Source of the DNA: Mobula hypostoma
Lineage: Eukaryota
Assembly: GCF_963921235.1 (NCBI RefSeq)
Contig: NC_086098.1
Location: forward strand, 4,030,001 to 4,094,000
DNA length: 64,000 nucleotides
Reading direction: 5' to 3'
Below, piece after piece: positions 46,895 through 59,600 of this stretch (within the stretch, counting starts at the first letter, position 1; each line of letters starts with the position of its first letter). The notes under the pieces are model-generated. The model was given only the letters and a program-made list of their open reading frames with translations. It ran no database searches and was not told the origin of the DNA. The translations under genes were made by a program, and so were the position numbers.

Positions 46895-49800
46895 AGCCTA
46901 ACCTCAGTGGATGGGAATGTGTTGGAGTCTATCATTAAGGATGAGGTTTCAGGGTACTTGGAGACTAATAAGAAAATGAGTCAAAGGCAGCATGAAAGGA
47001 GAATATAGGGAGCTAGGAAGGGAGTTGAGAAAAAGGACCGCAAAGGTAGTAATCTCGGGATTACTGCCTGTGCCACGCGACAGTGAGAGTAGGAATGCGA
47101 TGAGGTGGAGGATAAATGCGTGGCTGAGGGATTGGAGCAGGGGGCAGGGATTCAAGTTTTTGGATCATTGGGACTTCTTCTGGGGCAGGCGTGACCTGTA
47201 CAAAAAGGACGGGTTACACTTGAATCCTAGGGGGACCAATATCCTGGCAGGGAGATTAGCGGGGGCTACTGAGGTGACTTTAAACTAGAATGGTTGGGGG
47301 GTGGGAATCAAATTAAAGAGGCTAGGCGTGAGGAAGTTAGTTACAACAGAGGGATGGGAACCAGTGCAGAGAGACAGAGGGGTGTAAAGTGAGGGTAGAA
47401 GCAAAAAGTATAAAGGAGAAAAGTAAAAGTGGCAGGCCGACAAATCCAGGGCAAGCATTAAAAAGGGCCACTTTTCAACATAATTGTATAAGGGCTAAGA
47501 GAGTTGTAAAAGAGCGCCTGAAGGCTTTATGTGTCAATGCAAGGAGCATTCGTAATAAGGTGGATGAATTGAAAGTGCAGATTGTTATTAATGATTATGA
47601 TATAGTTGGGATCACAGAGACATGGCTCCAGGGTGACCAGGGATGGGAGCTCAACGTTCAGGGATATTCAATATTCAGGAGGGATAGACGTGAAGGAAGG
47701 GGAGGTGGGGTGGCGTTGCTGGTTAAAAAAGAGATTAACGCAATAGAAAGGAAGGACATAAGCCGGGAAGATGTGGAATCGATATGGGTAGAGCTGCGTA
47801 ACACTAAGGGGCAGAAGAACTACAGGTGAATTGATTATGGGGAGCAAGGACATGGCAGACCAATTGAATAATTACTTTGGTTCTGTCTTCACTAAGGAGG
47901 ACATAAATAATCTTCCAGAAATAGTAAGGGACAGAGGGTCCAGTGAGATGGAGGAACTGAGTGAAATACATGTTAGTAGGGAAGTGGTGTTAAGTAAATT
48001 GAAGGGATTGAAGGCAGATAAATCCCCAGGGCCAGATGGTCTGCATCCCAGAGTGCTTAAGGAAGTAGCCCAAGAAATAGTGGATGCATTAGTGATAATT
48101 TTTCAAAACTCGTTAGATTCTGGACTAGTTCCTGAGGATTGGAGGGTGGCTAATGTAACCCCACTTTTTAAAAAAGGAGGGAGAGAGAAACCGGGGAATT
48201 ATAGACCAGTTAGGTGGTGGGGAAACTGCTGGAGTCAGTTATCAAGGATGTGATAACAGCACATTTGGAAAGCGGTGAAATGATCGGACAAAGTCAGCAT
48301 GGATTTGTGAAAGGAAAATCATGTCTGACGAATCTCATAGAATTTTTTGAGGATGTAACTAGTAGAGTGGATGTGGCATATTTGGATTTTCAAAAGGCTT
48401 TTGACAAGGTCCCACACAGGAGATTCGTGTGCAAACTTAAAGCACACGGTATTGGGGGTAAGGTATTGGTGTGGGTGGAGAATTGGTTAGCAGACAGGAA
48501 GCAAAGAGTGGGAATAAACGGGACCTTTTCAGAATGGCAGGCGGTGACTAGTGGGGTACCGCAAGGCTCAGTGCTGGGACCCCAGTTGTTTACAATATAT
48601 ATTAATGACTTGGATGAGGGAATTAAATGCAGCATCTCCAAGTTTGCGGATGACACGAAGCTGGGTGGCAGTGTTAGCAGTGAGGAGGATGCTAAGAGGA
48701 TGCAGGGTGACTTGGATAGGTTGGGTGAGTGGGCAAACTCATGGCAGATGCAATTTAATGTGGATAAATGTGAAGTTATCCACTTTGGTGGCAAAAATAG
48801 GAAAACAGATTATTATCTGAATGGTGGCCGATTAGGAAAAGGGGAGGTGCAACGAGACCTGGGTGTCATTATACACCAGTCATTGAAAGTGGGCATGCAG
48901 GTACAGCAGGTGGTGAAAAAGGCGAATGGTATGCTGGCATTTATAGCGAGAGGATTCAAGTTAAGGAGCAGGGAGGTACTACTGCAGTTGTACAAGGCCT
49001 TGGTGAGACCACACCTGGAGTATTGTGTGCAGTTTTGGTCCCCTAACCTGAGGAAAGACATCTTTGCCATAGAGGGAGTACAAAGAAGGTTCACCAGATT
49101 GATTCCTGGGATGGCAGGACTTTCATATGAAGAAAGACTGGATGAACTGGGCTTGTACTCGTTGGAATTTGGAAGATTGAGGGGGGATCTGATTGAAACG
49201 TATAAGATCCTAAAGGGATTGGACAGGCTAGATGCAGGAAGATTGAGGATAGAGGGGAAGCCTTTTAGGACTGAGATTAGGAAAAACTTCTTCACACAGA
49301 GAGTGGTGAATCTGTGGAATTCTCTGCCACAGGAAACAGTTGAGGCCAGTTCATTGGCTATATTTAAGAGGGAGTTAGATATGGCCCTTGTGGCTATGGG
49401 GATCAGGGGGTATGGAGGGAAGGCTGGGGCGGGGTTCTGAGTTGGATGATCAGCCATGATCATAATAAATGGCGGTGCAGGCTCGAAGGGCCGAAAGGCC
49501 TACTCCTGCACCTATTTTCTATGTTTCTATGTTTCTGTAAAGGGAAATCTTGCCTGACAGATCTATTAGAGTTCTTTGAGGAATTAACAAGCAGGGTGGA
49601 CAAAAGTGAGGCAGTGGATGTCATTTACTTGGATTTTCAGAAGGCATTAGATAAGGTGCCACACATGAGACTACTTAACAAGATAAAATACTATGGCATT
49701 ACAGGAAAGATATTGGCATGGATAGAGGAATGGCTACCAGGCAGGAGACAGTGAGTGGGAATAAAAGGGACCTTTTCTGGTTGGCTGCCAGTGACTAGTG

Positions 49801-50820
49801 GTGTTCCTCAGGGGTCAGTATTGGGACCGCTACTTTTCACATTGTTTGTCAATGATCTGAATAATGGAATTGATGGCTTTGTGGCTAAGTTTGTGGATGT
49901 TAAAAAGATAGATGGAGGGGTGGGTAGTGTTGAGGAAGCAAGGCATTTGCAGCAGGACTTGAATTGGAATAATGGGCAAAAAAAGTGGTAGCTGGAACAC
50001 AGTGTTGGGAAATGTACGATAATGCATTTTGGTAAAAGGAACAATAGTGTAGACTATTCTCTAAATGGGGAGAACATTCAGACATCAGAGGTGCAGAACA
50101 TCTGGGGAGTCCTCGTGCAAGTTTCCCAGAAGGTTAATTTACAGGTTGAGTCTGTAGTAAAGAAGGCAAATGTAATGTTGGCATTTCTTTCAAGTGAAAT
50201 AGAATATAAAAGCAAGAAGATAATGCTGAGTCTTTATAAGACACTAGTCAGGCTGCACTTGGAGAATTGACAAAAGTTTTGGGCCTCATACTTCAGAAAG
50301 GATGTGCTGTCATTGGAGAGTGTCCAGCGAAGGTTCACAAGGATGATTCTGGGAATAGAAGGGTGAACATATGAGGACATCTGGCAGCTTTGGGCCTGAA
50401 CTTACCGGAATTTAGAAGAATGCGGGGGGGGGGGGGGGAGGTGGTTGGATCTCATTGAAACCTACCGAATGTTGAAAGGACTAGGTAGGGTGGATGTGGA
50501 GAGGATGTTTCTATGGTGGGGGTATCCAGAACTAGAGGGCACAGCCTCAAAATTGAGGAGCAACCTTTTAGAACAGAGTTAAGAAGGAATGTTTTTAGCC
50601 AGAAGGTTGTGAATTTGTAGAATGCTGAGTCACAGACCATAGTGGAGACTAAATCCATGGGAATATTTAAGGTGGAAGTTGGTAGTTTCCTGATCGGTCA
50701 GCACATCAAAGGATATGGCAAGAAGGCAGGTGTATGGGGTTGAGTGGGGTTCTGGATCAGCCACGATGGAAAGGTGGTGCAGAATCGATGGTTTGCTCCT
50801 CTGTCTTATGGTCTTATGGA
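46895..50820 (+). mobile_element. Older CR1 RT and 3' region hosting the young CR1
   Basis: ...SQRQH at 46992 continues as (F)CKGKSCLTDLLEFF at about 49533, through the 3' tail. Confidence 0.85.
46990..49536 (+). mobile_element. Young CR1 family A: ORF1 esterase end and ORF2 with internal deletions
   Basis: VVISGLLP...DGLHLN, LCVNARSI...GITETW, 408-aa RT ORF 48214-49440, and a (TTTCTATG)2 tail. Confidence 0.95.
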
Positions 50821-51655
50821 CCCACCCAAGCTAGTGCCTTTTGCCAGTGTTGGGCATCTTCTAAAACTTTGCTGTCCATGTACCTGCCGCTGGCAGCTCA
50901 TTCCACATAGTTACCACCTTTTTATTTTTTTTAAAAGTTGCCCCTCAAATTCGTATTAAACCTTTCCTCTCTCATCTTAAATCTATGCTCTCTATTCCTT
51001 GATCTCCCAATTCTGGTAAAAGGGCTGAGGTGCATTCACCCTATCTATGCCCCTTATGGTTATATACAGTTCTGTAATATCACCTCTCAATCTCCTGCAC
51101 TCTGAGGAATAAAGTCCCACCTTGTCCAACCTCTCCCTGTAACTCATTCCCTCAGTCTTGTAAATCCTGTCCGCACTCTTGTCAGTTTAAAACTATCTTT
51201 CCTATAGCAAGGTGCCCAAAACCCAACACAATTTCCCAAGTGTGGCCTCGCCAGCGTTCTACACGACTGCAGCTTCCCTCTGACATTTTATACTCACTGC
51301 CCTGACTTGTGAAAGCCAGTGTGCCAGTCGTCTTCATCACCCTGTCTACATGTGATTCCACTTTCAGGAACCATGTACTTGTAGACTAAGGTCCCTCTGC
51401 TCTAAAACACTCTGCGAGGTAAAGAGAAAAGGGGGATGTCAGCGATAAATTTGTTTTACACAGTGGTGGGTGCATGGGGTGGTGGTAGAGGCAGGTACAT
51501 TAGGGAAATTTAAGATACTCTTAGGGAGGTACATCGATGAAAGAAAAATGGAGAGCTATGCAGGAGGGAAGGATTAGATTGATCTTATAGTAGATTCAAA
51601 GCTTGGCACAACATCATGGACCAAAGGGCCTGCACTCTTCTGTAATGTTCTATAA
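50820..51655. mobile_element. Two degenerate CR1 3' fragments (minus to about 51410, then plus)
   Basis: Similarity to 7180-7868 and 33100-33392. Confidence 0.65.
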
Positions 51656-52134
51656 TAACATGAATCAGAATCAACAGATGAGGAAAGTGATTCTGAAGAT
51701 TGTCTACCCTTGGATGACTGCCATCTGAACAGATCAAACAGTCACTCCAAGTAGTTTCCTGGTTGGTGAAGAGACCCAGTGTGCTGGTTGAGAAACGGGA
51801 TAAACCACACGATAGTTTGACACAAAGTTCAGAGGACGTTGTTAATAAATTGGCTAACAGTACAGTTAAAAAATAAGACGTCAGAAATTTATAGAAATAT
51901 AAATCTAAAAGCCTTGACTGCAAATTGGTAATATATTCTGCACAAAAACATGAAATAAGTAGCCTGAATCATTTTGGAAACATAGAAACTCATATATAAC
52001 ATCCGATTCAATGTTAGGCGTAGCTGAGAGGATTCAAAACATTATTTCAAATTAAATTGGGATTTTTTTTGTTCTCCTTCAGAGTATAAACAACAAATCT
52101 AAATAGTTTTTAGCAGTAGCAGTACAGTACTATC

Positions 52135-52656
52135 TATCCCAGTGGCCACTTAGTTAGGTATACCTGCTCATTAATGCAAATATCTAATCAGCCAATCATA
52201 TTGCAGCAACTCAATGCATAAAAGCATGCAGTCATGGTCAAGAGGTTCAGTTGTTGTTCAGACCAAACATCAGAATGGGGAAGAAATGTGATCTAAGTGA
52301 TTTTGACTGTGGAATGATTGTTGGTGCCAGATGGAGTTGTTTGATTATCTTAGAAACTGCTGATCTCCTGGGATTTTCATGCACAACAGTTTACAGAGAC
52401 TGATTTAAAAAAACAAAAAAATCCAGTCACCAGCAATCTGCAGGCAAAAATGCCTTGTTAATAAAAGAGGTCGGAGGAGAATGGCCAGACTGGCTCACGC
52501 TGACAGGAAGGTGACAGTAACTCAAATGACCACACGTTACAACAGTGGTGTGCAGAAGAGCACAACATGTTGAGCCCTGAAGTGGATGGGCTACAGCATT
52601 CAGCAGAAGACCACACCAGGTTCCACTCCTGTACCTAATAAAGTGGCCACTGAGTG
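52135..52656 (+). mobile_element. Non-autonomous Tc1 element
   Basis: TIRs CAGTGGCCACTT..TTAGGTA / TACCTAATAAAGTGGCCACTGAGTG followed by TA, and paired-like N-terminus MGKKCDLSDFDCGMIVGAR...ETADLLGFSCTTV. Confidence 0.85.
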
Positions 52657-53604
52657 TAATTAAAATGAGTCTCCTGCAGAGAATTTCAGTTAGAAGAGTA
52701 TGCATTCAATGAAGGGCTGACGATCAGCTTGTGGTCTTGACAGAGTATATCGCAAGAGAATTAGACTTTGCCCTGAATATACAAATCAGAGAAAGTATTG
52801 GAACCAGTGTTGATGCCATGTTTAGCCATATCCATTCCACGATGCATGAGGGATGGGAAAACATATGCTCAGTTCTCTCACACTGCACCGATCCGATGAT
52901 GAGGCACTTGCAACGTCTGCAGATTGGGGCACGTGAAGTGAGGGGCTGGAAGAAAACAGCCTGCTAATCCATTGGACGCAAACGGCAGTGTCGGCCCATA
53001 GAACACCTCTTCTTTACCTTCCGCACTTACATCCAATACCTACAATAAAAGGCACATTTTCAAGATTTACATACATTTTATTAAAATTACATATACACAT
53101 GAAGGATCCTACCCCATGCCCCGCTCATGGACTGTTCGTCCCACTCCCATCAGGGAGGAGGCTGCGTAGCATCCACACCAGGAACATCAGCCTCAAAAAC
53201 ACAGTTACTTCCCCAAGTAGTGAGGCTGATGAACACCTCCACCCATTAACTCACCCTCCACCCCACTACTTTATTGTTTTCTGTCATTCATCTGATGTAC
53301 AGCCTAGTGTCACCTTATTGACATACAATCAATCTATGTATATAAGCTATCTTCTGTTTTTTTTATTGATCGGGTTTTTTTTAATCATTATTGTTGTGTT
53401 GTTCATCTTTTGTGATCCAGACAAAACAATTATTTTGTTCTCCTTTATGCTTGTGTACCGGAAATTCCATTGAACAATCTTGAATCAAATACATACTCAT
53501 ATGGGAGAAGCATATCTCCTTCTGTAACAAAAAGACTCAGCAGACGATGTACTTCTTGCAGCAGTTGGAGAAATTCCATCTTCCCCAGAGCATTCTATAT
53601 CTGC

Positions 53605-53840
53605 TATGGATGGTCCCAAGCCCGGCTGTGCAGGGAGAAGGGTGGGCACGAGGCTAGCAACCTCACCTCATTAAAAACCCAGCACTACTGAAATACCAAC
53701 AGAAGCTCCAAAGACCTCATCCCGAGAGAGGAAGGATCTTCGAAGAAGGGCTACTCCTGGGGACAACTTGAAAGACTGGCCCAGGATAGAGGACCCTGGT
53801 GAATTGCTGATGGGGGCCTATGCGTGATGGGCTTTAGAAA
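53605..53840 (+). mobile_element. Short bipartite RTE-like element
   Basis: GGTCCCAAGCCCGG...GCTAGCAACCTCAC (RTE 5' UTR-like) joined to a 3' end encoding WGQLERLAQDR. Confidence 0.55.
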
Positions 53841-54267
53841 AGGAAAGCAAGAACATCCTGGTGCAATTCTACACTGCCATCACAGACAGAATCATCACAT
53901 CAGCCGTGACTGTCTGGTTTGGTGCAGCATCCTCGCACGGTATATGAAAATTACAGAGAACTGTCCGGTCATTGTCTGCAGTCTAACATCACTGCAGGAC
54001 TTGTATGTGTCCAGGACAAAGAATCTGACAGGAAAATCATTGCGGACACTATCCACCTCGCAAAATGCCTTTTCCTTACGCTCCTTTCTGGAAAGTGCTA
54101 CAGGGCTGTTAAAACCAAAACTTCACATCATCTTAAAAGTTCCCTCCCCCAGGCAGTTAATCTGATCAACCATTCTAGTTAGCCCCCCACACCCCCGTCT
54201 ATTCATTACCCTGTCACTGCACTGCTCTGTAAACACTTTAAACTACCCTTTACAATGTTGTTTATAA

Positions 54268-54664
54268 ACATATAACCATGTAACAATTACAGCAAGGAAA
54301 CAGGCCATCTCAGTCCTTCTAGTCCATGCCGAACTCTTACTCTCACCTAGTCCCACCAACCTGCACTCAGCCCATAACCCTCCATTCCTTTCCTGTCCGT
54401 ATAGCTGTCCAGTTTAACTTTAAACGACAACATCAAACCTGCCTCAACCACTTCTGCTGGAAGCTCGTTCCACACAGCCACCATTCTCTGAGTAAAGAAG
54501 TTCCCCCTCATGCTACCCCTAAACTTTTGCCCTTTAATGCTCAACTCATGTCCTCTTGTTTGAATCCCCCCCACTCTCAATGGAAAAAGCCTATCCATGT
54601 CAACTCTATCTATCCCCCTCATAATTTTAAATACCTCTGTCAAGTCCCCCCTCAACCTTCTACA
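54268..54664 (-). mobile_element. CR1 3' fragment (same family as 61485-64000)
   Basis: RRLRGDLTEVFKIMRGIDRVD, near-identical to 61495-61880. Confidence 0.9.
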
Positions 54665-54859
54665 ATACACAATACTTACTGCATTGTTTACTGTAAATAC
54701 ACAATGGTATTTATGTATTTATACACATTTTATTTCATATCTGTATTTTAACCTCCAACTTCATTTTTTATAATTCTTTATTCTTTATAATTGTTGAATG
54801 GTGTTACTTTTGTTGCATGTCACACCAACACACACCAGCAAACTCTTAATACATATAAA

Positions 54860-55945
54860 CAGATATGGTGAAGCTGGAGAGTGGAATGCTTCTCTTGCGG
54901 GTTGTGTGAAGGCAGAGAGACCTCCAGTGTCCCTGACAACTACAACCGCAGCTTCTAGCAATCCACGTTAAGGAACTGGAGCTGGAACTGGATGAACTAT
55001 GGATGATTCGGGAGGCTGAGGGGGTGATAGAAAGGACATATAGAGAGGTAGTTACACCCAAGGTGCACACAGGAAAATGGGTGAGAGTCAGGAAGAGGAA
55101 AGGGGTTAAGGAGCCAGTGCAGAGTATCCCAATGGCCATCCCTCTCAATAACAGGTATATCACTTTGGATACTGTCGGGGGTGGGGGGGGGGAATGACCT
55201 AACAGAGGAAGGTCACAGTGGTTGGATCTCTGGCACTGAGTCTGCCTCTGTGACTCAGAATGGAAATGGGGAGAAGAGACACACAGTGGTGATAGGGGAT
55301 TTGCTAATTAGGAGAATGGACAGGAGATTCTCTGGGCGAGAATAACATTCCCAGGTGGTACGTTGCCTCCCCGATGTCAGGGTCTGGGATATCTCGGATC
55401 AAGTCCTCACCATTCTTAAGTGGGAGGGTGAACAGCCAGAAGGCGTGGTCCATGTTGGTACCAATAATATGGATAGGACCGGTGACAACGTTTTGCATTG
55501 GAGTTCAGGGAGTCAGATGGTAAGTTTAAGCGCAGGACCTCCAGGGTTGTAAACTCAGGATTGCAACCCATGCCATGTGCTAGTGAGGCCAGAACTAAGA
55601 AGATTATACAATTTAATACGTGGTTAAGGAGTTGGTGTAAGACGGAGGGCACAAGATTTTTTGGATCATTGGGCTCTCTTCCAGGGAAGGTGGGACCTGT
55701 ACAGAAGGGACAGTTTTCACCTGAACTGCAGGGGAACTAATATCTTGGTGGGAAGGTTTGCTAATGCTGCACGGTGGGGTTTAAACTAGAGTTTCAGGGG
55801 ATGGGAACCAAAATGCCAGAACAGTTAGTGGAGAGATTGTGGAGACAGATGTTGGTAAGACCTCAGACAAAGTTAGGAATCAAAAGGTTGAGCATGGCGC
55901 AACTGAGCTGTGTATATTTCAATGCAGGAAGTATCGTAGGAATAG
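54860..55945 (+). mobile_element. CR1 ORF1 region
   Basis: IREAEGVIERTYREVVTPKV, VVHVGTNNM and LSCVYFNAGSIVG. Confidence 0.85.
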
Positions 55946-55949
55946 TGCT

Positions 55950-56625
55950 GAAGACAGATAAGAAGACAGACAGATACTTTATTGATCGCTAGGAAATTAC
56001 AGTGTCGCAGTAGCATTACAGATTCACAGAAATAAAATATTAGAAGAGAAGTAAGAAGAATGAATAAAAATAAGTTACCTCAAACAGTCTAACAGAAGGG
56101 GATCATCATATCCCCCAACAGAAGGTTGACACATTAGTCAGCCTATTGGCTGAGGGTAATAATGACCTAGTCTAGCACTCTTTGGAGCAGTGAAGTTGTC
56201 TTCATCTATGACTAAATGCGTTCCTCTGTTCAGCCAAGGTGGCATGCAGAGGGTGAGAAACATTGTCCAGAATTGCCAGGATTTTCCAGAGTCCTTTGTT
56301 CTACCACAGCGTCCAGTATGTCCAGTTTAACTCCTATAACAGAACCAGCCTTTCTAATCAGTTTATTGAGCCTGTTGGCATCACCTGTGTTGATGCCATT
56401 GTCCCAGCACACCAAGGCATAGAAGATTGTATGGGTGACAACAGACTGGTAGAACATTTGAAGGAGAGGCCTGCATACTCCAAAGGACCTCAGTCTCCTC
56501 AGGAAGTAGAGGCAACTTTGACCCTTCTTGTACACAGACTCAGTGGAGGTGCTCCACTCAAGTCTGTCATCCAGGTGCACCCCCAGGACTTGTAGGTCCT
56601 CAACACATTCATGTCCTCACCACCA
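55950..56625 (-). mobile_element. Rex1 3' fragment
   Basis: HLDDRLEWST...LYFLRRLRSFGV...RLNKLIRKAGSVIG and a (TCTG)n-like tail. Confidence 0.88.
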
Positions 56626-59600
56626 ATGGTAAAAGATGAGATAGCTGGTTTACAAACAGAGGCGATGTGTAGTGAGGAGACACGAGGAAATCTGCTGATG
56701 CTGGAAATTCAAGCCACACACATCAAAGTTGCTGGTGAACGCAGCAGGCCAGGCAGCATCTCTAGGCAGAGGTACAGTCGATGTTTCGGGCCGAGACCCT
56801 TCGTCCTGACAAAGGGTCTGGGTCCGAAATGTCGACTGTACCTCTGCCTAGAGATGCTGCCTGGCCTGCTGCGTTCACCAGCAATTTTTATGTGTGTGTA
56901 GTGAGGAGAGCCTGTTTATAGGACAAATTGTAGTCAACATGCTGAGTTGCAACATAAAAGGTGGCCAAAATTGAAAAGGGTGAATACAGGACTGAAGGTG
57001 TTATATTCAAATGTGTGCAGTATACGGAATAAGGTAGATGACCTTACAGCACAGTTGCAGATTAACAAGTATGATGCTGTAGGCATCACTGAATTATGGC
57101 TGAAAGAAGATTATAGCTGGGAGCTTAATGTCTAAGGATACACATTGGAAGACAGAGGGGGCAGTGTTGCTTTGCTGGTAAAAAATGAAATCAATTCATT
57201 TGGAAGAGGTGATATAGGGTCGGAAGGTGTTGAATCATTGTGGATAGAGCTAAGGAACTCTTTTATCTTCTCTCTCTTCAGTTGTCCATCGAAATCTGAT
57301 GACGACGTCCACTCCTAGGAACTACAAGGGTAAAAAGACCCTATTGGGAGTTGTATACAGACACCCAAACAGTGGTCCACAAATTACAATGGGAGATAGA
57401 AAATACATGCCAAAAGGACATTTTTACAATAGTCATGGGGGATTTCAATACGCAGGTAATTGAGAAAGTCAGGTTGGTGCTGGATTTCAAGAGAGGGAAT
57501 TTCTAGAGTGCCTATGAGATGGCTTTTTAGAGTAGCTGGTGGTTGAGCCCACTAGGGGATCAGCTATTCTGGATTGGGTGCTGTGAAATGAACCAGAATT
57601 GATTAGAGAGCTTAAGGTAAAAGAACACTCAGGAGAAAGTGATCAGAATATGACCAAATTCACACTGAAATTTGAGAAGGAGAAGCTGAAGTCAGACATA
57701 TCAGTATTAAAGTGGAGAAAATAGAATTACAGATAAGAGTAGGCTAGAATTGCTTGGAAAAGAACACTGGCAGGGATGATGGTAGAGCAGCAATGGCTGG
57801 AATTTCTGGAAGCAATTCGGAAGGCACAGGATATATACATCCCAGAGGAAGAAGTATTTTAAAGGAAAGATGACACAAAAGTGGGTAACAAGAGAGGTCA
57901 AAGCTAACATAAAAGCCAAAGAGAGGACATATAATAGAGCAAAAATTAGTGGAAAGTTAGAGGATTGGGCAGCTTTTAAAGCCAACAGAGGTAACTAAAT
58001 AGTCATGAAGAAGGTAAAGATGGAATATGAAATTAAAGTGGCCAATAATATCAAAGAGGATACCAAAAGTTTCTTCAGATGCATAAAGTGAAAAATAGAG
58101 TCAACAATGGATATCAGACCACTGGAAAACAACGCTGGAGAGGAAGTAATAGAGGACAAGAAAATGGGGAATGAACTGAATAAGTATTTTGCATCAGTCT
58201 TCACCGTGGAAGACACCAGCAGTATGGTGGCAGTCCAGGTATCAAGGACATGAAATGTGTGAAGTTACCATAACTAGAGAGAAGGTTGTTGGGAAACTGA
58301 AGGTCTGAAGGTGAATAAGTTGCCTGGACCAGTTGGTGTACACCCCAGAGTTCTGAAAGTGGTGTCCGAAGAGATTCTGGAGACATTAGTAATGATCTCT
58401 CAAAAATCACTAGATTCTTGAATGCTTCTGGAAGATTGGAAAATAGCAAATGGCATTCCACTCTTCAAGAGGAGAGAGGTAGAAGAAAGGAAACTATAGG
58501 CCAGTCTGACCTCAGTGGGTGGGAAGATGCTGATTAAGGATGAGGTCTGGTACTTTGAAGCACATGATAAAATAGCCCCTAGTAACCATGGTTTCCATCA
58601 AGAAAAATCTTGCCCGATGAACCTGCTGGAATTCTTTGAGGAGATTACAAGTCGGATAGATAAGGGACATGTATTGGATGTTGTATATTTGGACTTTGAC
58701 AAGGTGTCACGCGTGAGGCTGCTTACAAAGTTAAGACCTATGGCATTACGGGAAAGTTATTGGCATGATAAGAGCATTGGCTGATTGCTAGGAGGCAGCG
58801 AGTGGAAATAAAAGGATCTTTTTCTGGTTGGCTGGTGTTGAAGGGTGTAATGGAAGAGAAATGAGTGCAGTTACTATTACAAAGGAGAAGTTGCTCAAAA
58901 AGCTGAAAGATCTAAAGATGCATCAGTCACCCGGACCAGATGAACTGCACCTAGGGTTCTGAAAGAGGTAGTGGTAGAGACTGAAGAGGTATTAGTAATG
59001 ATCTTTCAAAAATCATTGCACTCTGGCATGTTCCAGAAGACTGGAAACTTGCAAATGTCACTCCACTCTTTAAGAAAGGCCGAAGGCAGCGGCAAGGAAA
59101 TTATAGACCAGTTCACCTGACCTCAGTGTTTGGGAAGATGTTGAAGTCAATTGTTAAGGATGAGGTGATGGAGTACTTGGTGACAGGGAACAAGATAGGA
59201 CAAAGTCAGCATGAGGGAAAATCCTGCCTGATGGAATTCTTTGAGGAGATTACAAGTCGGATAAATTAAGAGAATGCAGTGAATGTTGTATATTTGGACT
59301 TTCAGAAGGCCTTTCACAAGGTGCCACACGAGGCTGCTTACCAAGTTAAGAGCCCATGGTGTTACAGGAAAGTTACTAATATGGTTAGAGCAATGGCTGA
59401 TTGGTAGGAGGCAGCGAGTGGGAATAAAAGGATCCTTTTGTGGTTAGTGGTGTTCCACAGGAAGTCGGTGTTGGGACCGTTTCTTTTTATGCTGTATATC
59501 AATAATTTACATGATGGAATAGATGGTTTTGTTGCCAAATTTGCAAATGATACGAAGGTTGGTGGAGGGCCTGGTCATGTTCAGGAAACGGGAAGGCTGC

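Larger units (their letters stand above)
53095..54845 (+). mobile_element. Cluster of Rex1 3' fragments with nested insertions
   Basis: HGLFVPLPSGRRLRSIHTR, KRLSRRCTSC region, and LLSGKCYRAVKTKTSHHLKSSLPQAVNLIN. Confidence 0.7.

Noticed and set aside
48214..49440. Functional reverse transcriptase gene
   Set aside because: The copy lacks its 5' end and most of the endonuclease, and has deletions within the RT region.
57288..57310. Hammerhead (CGAAA...CTGATGA)
   Set aside because: The motifs are adjacent, with no room for the helices.
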